Positions 1 to 8,493 of a DNA stretch of 55,640 bases are shown here, one piece after another (position 1 is the stretch's first letter; each line of letters begins with the position of its first letter). A program made the position numbers and the translations under genes. Below the pieces are notes generated by a model. It was not told the origin of the DNA, made no database searches, and was given only the letters and a program-made list of their open reading frames with translations. The DNA is from a virus (Duplodnaviria; Caudoviricetes), in IMG/VR virus record IMGVR_UViG_3300009082_000005, positions 1-55,640 of that record. One strand, written 5' to 3'.

Positions 1-123
1 CGGTATAGCTGTTGTTTTGATGTTTTATTTTCTTAAAAATAATCATAGAGCAATGACCGACTTATTGAAACAAAATGCTGAATTAATTAATGAAATAAGA
101 GATATAAAGCTTGAACAAAAAGA
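1..123. repeat. Terminal overlap, identical to 55518..55640 (circular assembly)
   Basis: First 123 nt (CGGTATAGCT...GAACAAAAAGA) recur exactly at the window end; an ORF reads through the junction. Confidence 0.97.
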
Positions 124-178
124 AATATATTCAATAGTTAAAAATTGCAAAAAAAATACTGGTTAGGAGGTATATATT

Positions 179-385
179 TTGTATAATAATAAGCAAGATA
201 GAATAAGAAGCAAAGCTGTTTGGGTATCTGTAATAAGTTTAATATTACTTATATTTAATAGCTTTGGAATATTTGAAAAAATTGGTGCAGATGAAACAGC
301 TTTTAAAACTATTTTTGAGATGATATTAACCATCCTAGTCGGCTTTGGAATCCTAAATAATCCTACAGATAAAGAAAATTTCTAA
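179..385 (+). CDS. Holin (phi LC3-like, two TM helices)
   Basis: RIRSKAVWVS start, two hydrophobic segments, GILNNPT C-terminal motif, AGGAGG RBS, follows endolysin across the junction. Confidence 0.85.
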   Translation: MYNNKQDRIRSKAVWVSVISLILLIFNSFGIFEKIGADETAFKTIFEMILTILVGFGILNNPTDKENF

Positions 386-391
386 AATTAT

Positions 392-420
392 TTGACATTA
401 TAATTTAGTTATTATATATT
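392..420 (+). promoter_or_regulatory. SigA-type promoter of the non-coding cassette
   Basis: TTGACA (392-397), 17 nt, TATATT (415-420); no ORF follows on this strand. Confidence 0.7.
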
Positions 421-422
421 GT

Positions 423-559
423 TTATGTAAGTTTCAATCTTTGCAGTACCATCCATTAAAACAAGGATTGAAACAAATTTAAACTACTCCGTAAGGAGAC
501 GAAAACACTATAATTTATAATTTAATCCCCGTAAGGGGACATGATTGAAACTTACATAA
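423..559 (+). ncRNA. Candidate RNA of three stacked CRISPR-repeat-like units enclosed by a 17-bp inverted repeat (Racr-like)
   Basis: TTATGTAAGTTTCAATC (423-439) / GATTGAAACTTACATAA (543-559); units end in AAAACAAGGATTGAAAC (474), CTCCGTAAGGAGACGAAAAC (506), CCCCGTAAGGGGAC (540). Confidence 0.65.
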
Positions 560-650
560 TAATTTAGGTGCACTCTAGATTGTTATTGTAAAAGGTCTTA
601 CGTCACAGGGTATTTTTACAAGTTAAATGCTAGTTAACAATCGTTCTTTA

Positions 651-690
651 AAAAAAGTTCTCTTTTATTTATGCCATTGGGAACTTTTTT
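651..690 (+). terminator. Terminator-like hairpin
   Basis: AAAAAAGTTCTC ... GGGAACTTTTTT. Confidence 0.5.
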
Positions 691-702
691 GTTATATATG
701 GC

Positions 703-734
703 AAAAAAATAACCAGGTTACCTGGTTATTTTTT
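703..734. terminator. Bidirectional intrinsic terminator
   Basis: AAAAAAATAACCAGG-TTA-CCTGGTTATTTTTT between convergent units. Confidence 0.8.
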
Positions 735-1032
735 ATATTATATTTGTATTTTTTACTTTAGCTTGAAATGTTATTGGGTATTGGCTATCTACAATACCCT
801 CTATCAGTACATTCAATTCTCCTGCTATGTCATAGATGTCTAAATTTTTATATATCATTTCTTCATATTTAGAGCCTTTTTTGAAATCTTTTACATACCA
901 TTTTCCATTTTCAAATTTATTATAAGAATAATTATCCATGATTACATGTCCATCATATTCTTTGATTATGTCGTCTATTATGCCTAATAAACAATCTCTG
1001 AAAAACGATTTTTTATTTGTCATCTTCTTCAC
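733..1032 (-). CDS. Hypothetical protein
   Basis: 99-aa ORF with upstream GAAAGGG, end of leftward operon. Confidence 0.6.
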   Translation of the reverse strand: MKKMTNKKSFFRDCLLGIIDDIIKEYDGHVIMDNYSYNKFENGKWYVKDFKKGSKYEEMIYKNLDIYDIAGELNVLIEGIVDSQYPITFQAKVKNTNII

Positions 1033-1064
1033 CCTTTCTATTTATATTAAAAATATAAGTTGTT

Positions 1065-1253
1065 TTATTCTTTTTTAGATTTTTTAATAAATCCTTCAAT
1101 ATCCTTCAAAGATATAAAATTATTTTCCTTTTTGTTTAAAATAGTTAAAACTATTACTACAATAACAAAAATTATTCCCTTCCAACTTATGAAAAAATCT
1201 AATAATAAATTACCTACTTGACTTTTTTCCAATTTATCAATTATATGTTCCAT
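1065..1253 (-). CDS. Small single-TM membrane protein
   Basis: AAAGGAA RBS, hydrophobic GIIFVIVVIVLTIL segment. Confidence 0.6.
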   Translation of the reverse strand: MEHIIDKLEKSQVGNLLLDFFISWKGIIFVIVVIVLTILNKKENNFISLKDIEGFIKKSKKE

Positions 1254-1268
1254 TTTTAAATTCCTTTC

Positions 1269-2033
1269 TTATATATCAAATTTTGTCCCAGATAAATCTA
1301 TTTCTCTGTCATTTTCGTCGATGTATATATTTAATGTTTTAGTATTCTCATGTCCAAGATACTTTCTTAATAGTTCTTTTCGTTCTTCTTCACTTTTAGC
1401 AGAATATCTTAGATTAATAGTTTTTGCGGCCACTTTTCTTAATTTATGTGTTTTAAACCCTAAATTCCAGGCTTTTACTCTAAGAGTGCTCTCAGAGTAA
1501 AACATAATGCCTTTTCTTTCTTCAAGGTTTTGGAGTTCTCTAGATAACCAGGCATCTTTTAGAATCGTCGATACTTTCCTACTTTTTCCGCCCTTAGAAT
1601 CTCTTACAGTTACAAATACTTTTCCATCTTTAAATTCTATATCATTTTTTGTAAGTTTTGAAACTTCCCCTATTCTCAGGCCCGCCAATTGTTGAAGTCG
1701 AAAAGCTAATTTAATTCTTTTATTTTTTATAGCATTTATTTTCTTATTTACTGTAGATATTTTTGTAATAGTCTTTGCAGATCTTTTTTTAACTGTTTTT
1801 TTCTGCATATCAGATAATTCATTGATATTTTTATGAAAATATATATCATGAAACTTATAATAATACTTTAGAGCGTTTTTAGTTTGACATATGTATTCCT
1901 TACTTTTGCCTTCTAAACTATTATTTCGATAGAATTTTAGTCTATTGTAATATGTTGTTGCTGTCTGTTTTGATATTCCTTTTTTATTTAGATATTCAAG
2001 ATACTCATTTTTAGTCAAAAAAATATCCTCCAT
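1269..2033 (-). CDS. Tyrosine recombinase (Xer-like, short)
   Basis: AGLRIGE, SKGGKSR, HKLRK, LGHENTKTLNIY catalytic motifs; short SAM-like N-terminus. Confidence 0.9.
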   Translation of the reverse strand: MEDIFLTKNEYLEYLNKKGISKQTATTYYNRLKFYRNNSLEGKSKEYICQTKNALKYYYKFHDIYFHKNINELSDMQKKTVKKRSAKTITKISTVNKKINAIKNKRIKLAFRLQQLAGLRIGEVSKLTKNDIEFKDGKVFVTVRDSKGGKSRKVSTILKDAWLSRELQNLEERKGIMFYSESTLRVKAWNLGFKTHKLRKVAAKTINLRYSAKSEEERKELLRKYLGHENTKTLNIYIDENDREIDLSGTKFDI

Positions 2034-2219
2034 TTCGTTCCGTCACTATAAAAAAATATATCAGGTGGTCGGCTACCCCTCCCACCTATATATATATTAT
2101 ATATAGTGATAACCGTTATTTTTTTTATAATGCTCTATCTATTGTTAATAGTAATATTTAGGTATTTATTTTATTAATGAGTAAAGCTGTTGTCAATTAC
2201 TTTTATTTTTATTTGTCTT

Positions 2220-3407
2220 TTAATCCAGCTCTATATCTATAGTTTCAATATCATTTTCAATTTCTGTATTCCCTTTTACAATTTTCAAATCATTTTTGGC
2301 TAATTTTTTATTTTTAATTTCAGATAATGTTTCCTTATCCCAGAAAAAAACCTGTGTTTCAATAAAATTAGTACCTTGCATTACTATTGCCCTTCCCTTG
2401 ATGTCTTGAAGCTCACTAGCTATTTTACTATTTAAAACTATACTACTAGTCGTATGTATAGATTTAAAGCAGACACGCCCGCCGAACTGGTCACGTGTTT
2501 GACCTTCGAGAATATTAACGTCTGGTCGTTGAGTTCCGCAAATTAAATTTACCCCAAACGCACGCCCTAACCTTGCAATAGATTTAATATTATTCTCGAT
2601 ATCCTTTTTCAATTGCTTTACTTCCTTTTCAGATAATCCATCAACCTCAAAAATCTCCATTGCTTCGCCTAACTCATCGATAAATAGATATTGCCTTTTT
2701 AAATTTTCCCCTGTAAATTGGTTATATTCCTGTAAGTTTTCAGCTCCTATATTTATAAACAGTTGTTGCCTTATCTTAATTTCTTTTCTAAATTGCAGTA
2801 ATACATTAAGTAGTTCTGTATGTTCTGTTATTACATCTGCTTTATTCATAAATCTTATTGTATCTACTCCACCCTTAAAATCTGCTACATAACATCTGCA
2901 ACCATATTTTAAACATTGAAATACTATTAACTGTATCAATTTTGTCTTACCAGTTCCGGGCATCCCTCCAACTAATAAATTAGAATTTACATTAAAGTCT
3001 ACAGTAATTAATTTACCTGTTTTAATGTCTTTTCCAATGTTAAATATTCCGTCTTTAATGAGATATTTATTATCCCACTTTATAATATTTTCTAACTCCA
3101 TCATCTTTCTAGCTCTTTCTTTACTTTCAATTACCCGTTTTAGTCTCAAAATTTCATTTTCTTGTGATTTTCTTTTCTCAGTATAAGTAACTTTGCCTAT
3201 AATCCAAGCTGGCATTTTAAAAAATATATAATATGGCATCTTCAATATGATCATAAAAGTTTCCCATTGTTCCTCATTTTCTTGGTGCCTTTTTCTTGAA
3301 AACTCTATATCTGCAATTTCTTGCTTATCAAGAGTTTTTTTATTTTGTTTTTGTTTTTCCTCGTATAGTTCCATTTTAGATTTATTATTTTCCATATCAC
3401 ACCTCAA
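2220..3407 (-). CDS. FtsK/SpoIIIE-family ATPase (TraB/TcpA-like)
   Basis: Walker A GGMPGTGKT, ADFKGG, Walker B LFIDE, ARLGRAFG, TQRP, KGRA; no gamma domain. Confidence 0.92.
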   Translation of the reverse strand: MRCDMENNKSKMELYEEKQKQNKKTLDKQEIADIEFSRKRHQENEEQWETFMIILKMPYYIFFKMPAWIIGKVTYTEKRKSQENEILRLKRVIESKERARKMMELENIIKWDNKYLIKDGIFNIGKDIKTGKLITVDFNVNSNLLVGGMPGTGKTKLIQLIVFQCLKYGCRCYVADFKGGVDTIRFMNKADVITEHTELLNVLLQFRKEIKIRQQLFINIGAENLQEYNQFTGENLKRQYLFIDELGEAMEIFEVDGLSEKEVKQLKKDIENNIKSIARLGRAFGVNLICGTQRPDVNILEGQTRDQFGGRVCFKSIHTTSSIVLNSKIASELQDIKGRAIVMQGTNFIETQVFFWDKETLSEIKNKKLAKNDLKIVKGNTEIENDIETIDIELD

Positions 3408-4378
3408 TTTAATTCAATTTCGTTAATTACAAATGTCTTATTTTTAGTTGTTTCAATAAATCCTTGGTTAGTTAACTCCCTTTTTGCTGACTGTATTATG
3501 CTTTTTTGAAGTCCAGTTATTTCAACCAGCTTTGGTATGCTTGGAGATACTCCATTTACTTGATTTTCATTTATAGCTTTTTTTACAATTTCTATTTGCT
3601 CATTATTTGCCTTGACAAATTCATAAGGTTCTTTATTTTCTAAATCACTGTCATATGTTAATTTATTGTTTGAAGTATTTGCCTTGACAAATGATTCACT
3701 GGATTCATTATTTAATAATTTTATTTCTTTGTTCATTTCTACAATTTTTATATCATCATGTTTATCAACTTTTACACCTACAACCTTTTTATGTAAGTTA
3801 TCAATCACACGCTCAGGTATAACAGTTACAATTTCCTTTATTTTTTCAAAGTTTGTTTCTGCTGAAGATATTTTATTTTTTCTATCCATGTCCTTTTCAA
3901 GAAAGAGAACCGGAGCAAGCATAGGAAGAAATATAATAAATGCTTCAACCAAAATTGATAGAGACATAGTTGATACAAACTGAGCAAATTGTAGTGGTAT
4001 AATTTTAAGTATAGGAATATATGTATATAAAAGAGTTACAACATTACTAGCAGGTGAACGTTCTATTTCTCCACCACTCATGAAAAAATACATTGATGCC
4101 ATAATTGATAAGAAAAAACAAATTTTAAGATAATATAATACTTTCTTTTCTCTTTTTATATCCCTGTACTGCATAAATGGATAACTAGCAGCTAATATTA
4201 TTTTTATAAATTCAAGCATTCCTGCTAATCCACCCATTGCCCACATATTCCATCCTGTCTGGCTCTGTGCATAAAATACAATTGAAAAATATCCAGATAA
4301 AATTGCTAATAATAAAGCACTTATATAACAAATAACTGCAAAAAATACTTTTGGTATAGTTATAAAAAACTTCTTCAT
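3404..4378 (-). CDS. Four-TM membrane protein with C-terminal winged-HTH-like segment
   Basis: Likely start MKKFF at 4378, overlapping the upstream stop; four hydrophobic helices; PSIPKLVEITGLQKSIIQSAKRELTNQGFI looks like an HTH. Confidence 0.7.
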   Translation of the reverse strand: MKKFFITIPKVFFAVICYISALLLAILSGYFSIVFYAQSQTGWNMWAMGGLAGMLEFIKIILAASYPFMQYRDIKREKKVLYYLKICFFLSIMASMYFFMSGGEIERSPASNVVTLLYTYIPILKIIPLQFAQFVSTMSLSILVEAFIIFLPMLAPVLFLEKDMDRKNKISSAETNFEKIKEIVTVIPERVIDNLHKKVVGVKVDKHDDIKIVEMNKEIKLLNNESSESFVKANTSNNKLTYDSDLENKEPYEFVKANNEQIEIVKKAINENQVNGVSPSIPKLVEITGLQKSIIQSAKRELTNQGFIETTKNKTFVINEIELN

Positions 4379-4563
4379 ATCTTCACCCCATATAACATTA
4401 ATATTTTCTTGATTGCTTTTTCTGATGTAATTTTCCCAGAAAGAAAATTTCTGGTAATTATTCTTCCTGCAATTGAAGGATAACAATTTTCAATTGCCAA
4501 TGTTCCAGCGATATTTCTTTCTATAAAAAAGATTTCTTGATTTGTTAATGAAATTTTATTCAT
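4375..4563 (-). CDS. VbhA-family (Fic) antitoxin-like protein
   Basis: 62 aa; TLAIEN matches the (S/T)xxxE(G/N) Fic-inhibitory motif; GKITSE helix-hairpin; GAAGGGG RBS. Confidence 0.65.
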   Translation of the reverse strand: MNKISLTNQEIFFIERNIAGTLAIENCYPSIAGRIITRNFLSGKITSEKAIKKILMLYGVKI

Positions 4564-4585
4564 AAAAAACACCCCTTCCAGAATA

Positions 4586-4685
4586 TTGTATTTTTACTCC
4601 AGGGGTTATATAATATCCCTAGAGGTATTATTGATTTAGCAGTGTTTTAATTTGTCAGGTTAGGCACTGCTATTTCAATTTTCTT
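4586..4685 (+). ncRNA. Candidate antisense RNA with own promoter and hairpin
   Basis: TTGTAT (4586-91), 17 nt, TATAAT (4609-14), then TAGCAGTG...CACTGCTA hairpin, opposite the leftward operon. Confidence 0.4.
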
Positions 4686-4828
4686 TTTAATTCTTCTTCA
4701 TCCCTTAACAAATTGCTGTCATATTCTACAGTTTTATTGCCAAGTATAATCTTTTGAATTTCTTTTTCTTTTTGTTTATTTTTTTTAGTATAATTTAAAT
4801 ACTTAAATAATTTCCAAATCGAAATCAT
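4670..4828 (-). CDS. Small basic hypothetical protein (52 aa, not in ORF track)
   Basis: MISIWKLFKYLNY...KRKLK with AAAGGAA RBS. Confidence 0.5.
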   Translation of the reverse strand: MISIWKLFKYLNYTKKNKQKEKEIQKIILGNKTVEYDSNLLRDEEELKRKLK

Positions 4829-4897
4829 GTCAATTCCTTTTCTTATGCAAAGTAATCATAATTTACACTTGATTGCCCACATATAAATTATAATTAC

Positions 4898-5071
4898 TTA
4901 TATATCCCTTTCTATTACACTAACTAATTTAAAAATGTCTTTAACTCCAAACTTTTTAATGATAATTCTGGTTAATACCTTCAACGCCAAAGTTTTATTT
5001 GGTTGTTTTTCCCAGAATTCTATTACATCATTATCCAAGTCTTTATTTAATCTTATATTTAAATTTCTCAT
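4898..5071 (-). CDS. Ribbon-helix-helix-like DNA-binding protein (57 aa, not in ORF track)
   Basis: MRNLNIRLNKDLDNDVIEFWEKQPNKTLALKVLTR: alternating beta strand then two helices; GGAGG upstream. Confidence 0.6.
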   Translation of the reverse strand: MRNLNIRLNKDLDNDVIEFWEKQPNKTLALKVLTRIIIKKFGVKDIFKLVSVIERDI

Positions 5072-5098
5072 ACCTTAATTATCCTCCATTATGTAATA

Positions 5099-5127
5099 AT
5101 TATACAACAATGTATCGCAAAATGCAA
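5099..5127 (-). promoter_or_regulatory. Leftward SigA promoter
   Basis: Minus strand TTGCAT, 17 nt, TATAAT. Confidence 0.6.
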
Positions 5128-5229
5128 CACAATAAAATCAAATAAAAAAATCTAAAAATATTATATTATAAATAAAATTCAAATATTTTAATTTTAAATT
5201 AAATATTGTTTTAAAATTATAAATAAATA

Positions 5230-5258
5230 TTGACGGTATTCTTTTTATAAATTACAAT
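5230..5258 (+). promoter_or_regulatory. Rightward SigA promoter
   Basis: TTGACG (5230-35), 17 nt, TACAAT (5253-58). Confidence 0.65.
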
Positions 5259-5295
5259 ATTAAAAATAGTATTATTTTTATTTTATTTATAAGGA

Positions 5296-5517
5296 GTGTT
5301 TATTATGAATGCAGATTACAAAGATAAAATAAGAGCATTTATGATTTTAAAGAAACTTAATAGGGAAGATGTATCTAAAGAAATCGGTATATGCAAAACT
5401 AGTTTTTGTCTTAAATTAAATGGGCATAATGAATTTTTAATTTCAGAAGCCATAAAATTGGCTAAAATTCTCGGATGTACAATAGATGATATTTTTGGAG
5501 AAAACGAAGCAGCTTGA
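5296..5517 (+). CDS. XRE/Cro-like HTH regulator
   Basis: REDVSKEIGICKTSFCLKLNG...F..SEAIKLAKILG.TIDDIF; real start probably ATG 5305. Confidence 0.85.
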   Translation: MFIMNADYKDKIRAFMILKKLNREDVSKEIGICKTSFCLKLNGHNEFLISEAIKLAKILGCTIDDIFGENEAA

Positions 5518-5756
5518 AATTTAAATAAAAAACAATAGCAAAAAGAAGTGTCCTCCACATCCAGGCAACACTTCTTTAAAAATATTATTTTCACAAATTT
5601 TATTATTGCAATTATAAATTAATATTTTTGCAACATTTTCTTAATATACTACTTTTTAAATTTAACATAATTTAGAAATAAAGTCAAATTTAAAATTGAA
5701 AATAATATAAATTTAAATAATTAAGATAAATAATTCAAGTTTTAAGGAGAAAAGTT

Positions 5757-6650
5757 ATGAATTATAGTTTTGATGTTGATGTTGCAACTTATTTAAAAAA
5801 TGTTAACGAGGCTGTTTTCGTTCATAATATAGCATATTGGATATTGCATAATAAAGCAAACGATACAAATTTTAATGATGGATATTATTGGACTTATAAT
5901 ACTCAACAAGCTTTTTCAGAATTATTCCCATTCTGGACAAGAAGACAAATAAGGACAATAGTTGATAATTTAAAATCTAAAAATATTTTAATTGTTAATC
6001 AATTTAATAAAAAAAATTATGACCAAACTAAATGGTATACCTTGAATCATTCATTTACAAAGGAATTTTATAAAGAAATATATATAGAATCAACTAATAA
6101 TGCCAATGGTCAAATCGGTCAATTCGATAATAATGATAGTTTTATGCAAAAAAATACTTCACAATCCACTAATGACCTGAATGGTCAAATCAGTCAATTG
6201 AAATTGACTAAAAAGTCAATTTCAATTGACCAAAGTGTCAATCCTATACCAAATATAAACACAAATATAAACACAAATAATAATAATATATTGGCGATTG
6301 AAGAAAATTTTGAAAACCTCTGGTCTTTATTCCCTAATAAAAAAGGGAAGGCATCTGTAAATAAAAAATCAAAGGAATATTTTTATAATTTAGGTTTTGA
6401 AAAGTCTAAAGAAATAATTCAAAGATACCTGGATTATGTTTCAGAAAGAAGAAAAGAGTTTTCTAGTCTAAATTATCAAAATGGGTCTACTTTTTTTAAT
6501 AGTGGATATGTTGATTATTTAGATGAAAATTATACAGAATATAAGGCTAAAGTTTACAACAAGCCACAGCAGACGACAAATTATGAACAAAGAAAATATG
6601 ATGATGATTTCTTTGATAATTTGTATGACAATGTTGAATATATTAAATAA
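5757..6650 (+). CDS. Phage replication initiator 1 (N-terminal wHTH, internal iterons)
   Basis: DGYYWTYNT...LFPFW...DQTKWY N-domain; FENLWSLFPNKKGK and NGSTFFN C-domain; internal repeats. Confidence 0.8.
   Translation: MNYSFDVDVATYLKNVNEAVFVHNIAYWILHNKANDTNFNDGYYWTYNTQQAFSELFPFWTRRQIRTIVDNLKSKNILIVNQFNKKNYDQTKWYTLNHSFTKEFYKEIYIESTNNANGQIGQFDNNDSFMQKNTSQSTNDLNGQISQLKLTKKSISIDQSVNPIPNINTNINTNNNNILAIEENFENLWSLFPNKKGKASVNKKSKEYFYNLGFEKSKEIIQRYLDYVSERRKEFSSLNYQNGSTFFNSGYVDYLDENYTEYKAKVYNKPQQTTNYEQRKYDDDFFDNLYDNVEYIK
6106..6243. repeat. Iteron-like repeats, probable origin 1
   Basis: AATGGTCAAATC(G/A)GTCAATT twice plus inverted AATTGAC copies, followed by AT-rich AAATATAAACAC repeats. Confidence 0.65.
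6576..6650 (+). repeat. 75-nt segment duplicated at 20246..20320 (69/75 identical)
   Basis: Encodes TNYEQRKYDDDFFxNLYDNxxYIK at the end of both initiators; first 39 nt identical. Confidence 0.95.
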
Positions 6651-6662
6651 AGGGAGAGACTT

Positions 6663-6989
6663 ATGAAAAAAAATAAAAAGAATAAAATGTTTGATTTGCA
6701 CTTTGATGATGACATAAACTTAGTTTTCAACAGCAGAGCAACTGAGTATATTAATAAGCTTAGAATAGGAAATATAATTAATTTTTCTTTCAGAAATGAT
6801 GGTAGGATTAGCAAAAATAAAAAGTTAAAAAATAATAAATATTATACGGGTATGGTTAAAAGCATATACCCAAATAAATTTTGTATTAACGTTGGGCTTG
6901 AAAATAGAAAAGAGCTAATGTTAATAACTGTAAACGATATTTGCGATGGCAGATATCAAGAAATAAAAGAAGAAAGGATTACAGGGTAA
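6663..6989 (+). CDS. Hypothetical basic protein
   Basis: 108-aa ORF, GGGAGAG RBS. Confidence 0.65.
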   Translation: MKKNKKNKMFDLHFDDDINLVFNSRATEYINKLRIGNIINFSFRNDGRISKNKKLKNNKYYTGMVKSIYPNKFCINVGLENRKELMLITVNDICDGRYQEIKEERITG

Positions 6990-7219
6990 TGAGAAAAACT
7001 AAACCAAAGTTAAAAAATAATGTACAAAAGTACAGGGTATGGAAAAATATACAACAGAAGGATTTAGCTAAAAAAGTAAATATTTCTATATCTACATTGG
7101 CTTTAATAGAAAGGCATCATATAAAAAGACCTAGACTTGACTTAAGGCTTAGGATATGTGAATTTTTTGGTGTTAGCCATGACCAAATGTTTTTTGAAGA
7201 TGATGAAGTTTTTTCATAA
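6989..7219 (+). CDS. XRE-family HTH regulator
   Basis: QKDLAKKVNISISTLALIER...P...ICEFFGV; start moved to ATG 6989. Confidence 0.85.
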   Translation: MRKTKPKLKNNVQKYRVWKNIQQKDLAKKVNISISTLALIERHHIKRPRLDLRLRICEFFGVSHDQMFFEDDEVFS

Positions 7220-7352
7220 TACAGAAATAAATATTATTTATATTTGCAAAAATACAACACTATAATATACAAAAAGAAAAAACATAGATTTATACATAAA
7301 TTTCCGCAGTCGATTTAAGGCACAATTTTGAAAGAAAAAATGATAAATTAAA

Positions 7353-7835
7353 TTGGAGGATGAAATGTATATTTTGACAGATGAAACATACGAAAATTTA
7401 AAAAAAGAGTTGGAAGAAGATTTTATAATGTTAAAAGATAAATGCGATTACAACACTGCTTTAAAACAAAGAATTGAAATTGAAAATTCTAACAAGGAAC
7501 GAAATCAAGAAACTATAAAACAATTGATTATTGATTTAAATTTTGCTAAATCTGATATTGTAAAATTATCTGTAAAAACAGATATACTGAGCAAAATATT
7601 AAAAGACATAGATGCAACAAAAAACAATGTAAGATTTTATTTGATAATTCTTGATGAATCAAATCAAGTACAATATCAGGAGATTAAGTCTAGCTACACG
7701 GATTTTGTGCCTCAACAAAATGAAATTATCGTGATATCTGGTGAATATTTCTGTGTAACCAAAAGAATATTTAATATTGACAATAATATATTGGATATTT
7801 ATTTGTCTAAAACTAAGAGGTGTGGCAATGAATAG
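7353..7835 (+). CDS. Hypothetical protein with coiled-coil N-terminus
   Basis: 160-aa ORF; GGAGG precedes ATG 7365. Confidence 0.65.
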   Translation: MEDEMYILTDETYENLKKELEEDFIMLKDKCDYNTALKQRIEIENSNKERNQETIKQLIIDLNFAKSDIVKLSVKTDILSKILKDIDATKNNVRFYLIILDESNQVQYQEIKSSYTDFVPQQNEIIVISGEYFCVTKRIFNIDNNILDIYLSKTKRCGNE

Positions 7836-8037
7836 AGAAGAACATTTGAATTGGTGTAAAAAAAGAGCTTTAGAATATTTAAAACCTAAAGATATGTGGG
7901 GTAGTTTTGTATCTGATATGAAAAAACATGAAGAAACAAAAAATCATATGGCTATTGAATTAGGTGCTATGCTATTTTTTACTGGAAATCTTAATACTGT
8001 TGAAGAAATGAGAAAATTTATAAATGATTTTAACTAA
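7828..8037 (+). CDS. Conserved-looking small phage protein
   Basis: MNREEHLNWCKKRALEYL...SDMKKHEET; GAGGTG RBS. Confidence 0.65.
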   Translation: MNREEHLNWCKKRALEYLKPKDMWGSFVSDMKKHEETKNHMAIELGAMLFFTGNLNTVEEMRKFINDFN

Positions 8038-8046
8038 AAACGAAAG

Positions 8047-8355
8047 GTGAAAATTATGTTAAAAGAAGAAGATATAAAAAGAATATTCATAAATGAATCA
8101 GGTGGAGTACATCCAACAGAATTACAAGAGGTTGAGTTTATCCAACCACCTGAATTAAAAGAGATAGCTAAACAGCTTAAAATAGCAAATAAACTTAAGA
8201 TTTTTGAAATAGTTTTACAAATTCCTAGTTTAGGATTTCATGAAGCTGATTTATTTACAGATTTATTTATGGACCAACTTAAAGATTTAACAAAAATTAA
8301 GGATGAACTGTATAGTGAAAAATCTAAAAATGAGGAATGTGATAATGAAAAATAA
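8047..8355 (+). CDS. Hypothetical protein
   Basis: ORF in tightly packed early operon. Confidence 0.6.
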   Translation: MKIMLKEEDIKRIFINESGGVHPTELQEVEFIQPPELKEIAKQLKIANKLKIFEIVLQIPSLGFHEADLFTDLFMDQLKDLTKIKDELYSEKSKNEECDNEK

Positions 8356-8493
8356 AATAATAAATGCAAAATATAGTGTTTTCAAGGACTATGGAAACAT
8401 ATATATTGGCAGACTTACATCAGACATGATTGAAGTTTTGGAAAACAAAATTGCAGAAAATAACATGAAACATAAGATATGTAATAATTATAT

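Noticed and set aside
1-123. Physical direct terminal repeat
   Set aside because: It falls mid-gene and the PBSX-type terminase suggests headful packaging; an assembler overlap of a circular contig is the simpler explanation
423-559. A degenerate true CRISPR array
   Set aside because: Units differ from each other, resemble different repeat families and have essentially no spacers between them
1269-2033. Canonical phage integrase with attP
   Set aside because: Too short for an arm-binding domain and no tRNA-like or other att core recognised; integration is not excluded
6576-6650. DGR template/variable repeat pair with 20246..20320 (several mismatches fall at A in the second copy)
   Set aside because: No reverse transcriptase is present, two mismatches go the other way, and both copies are coding ends of initiators
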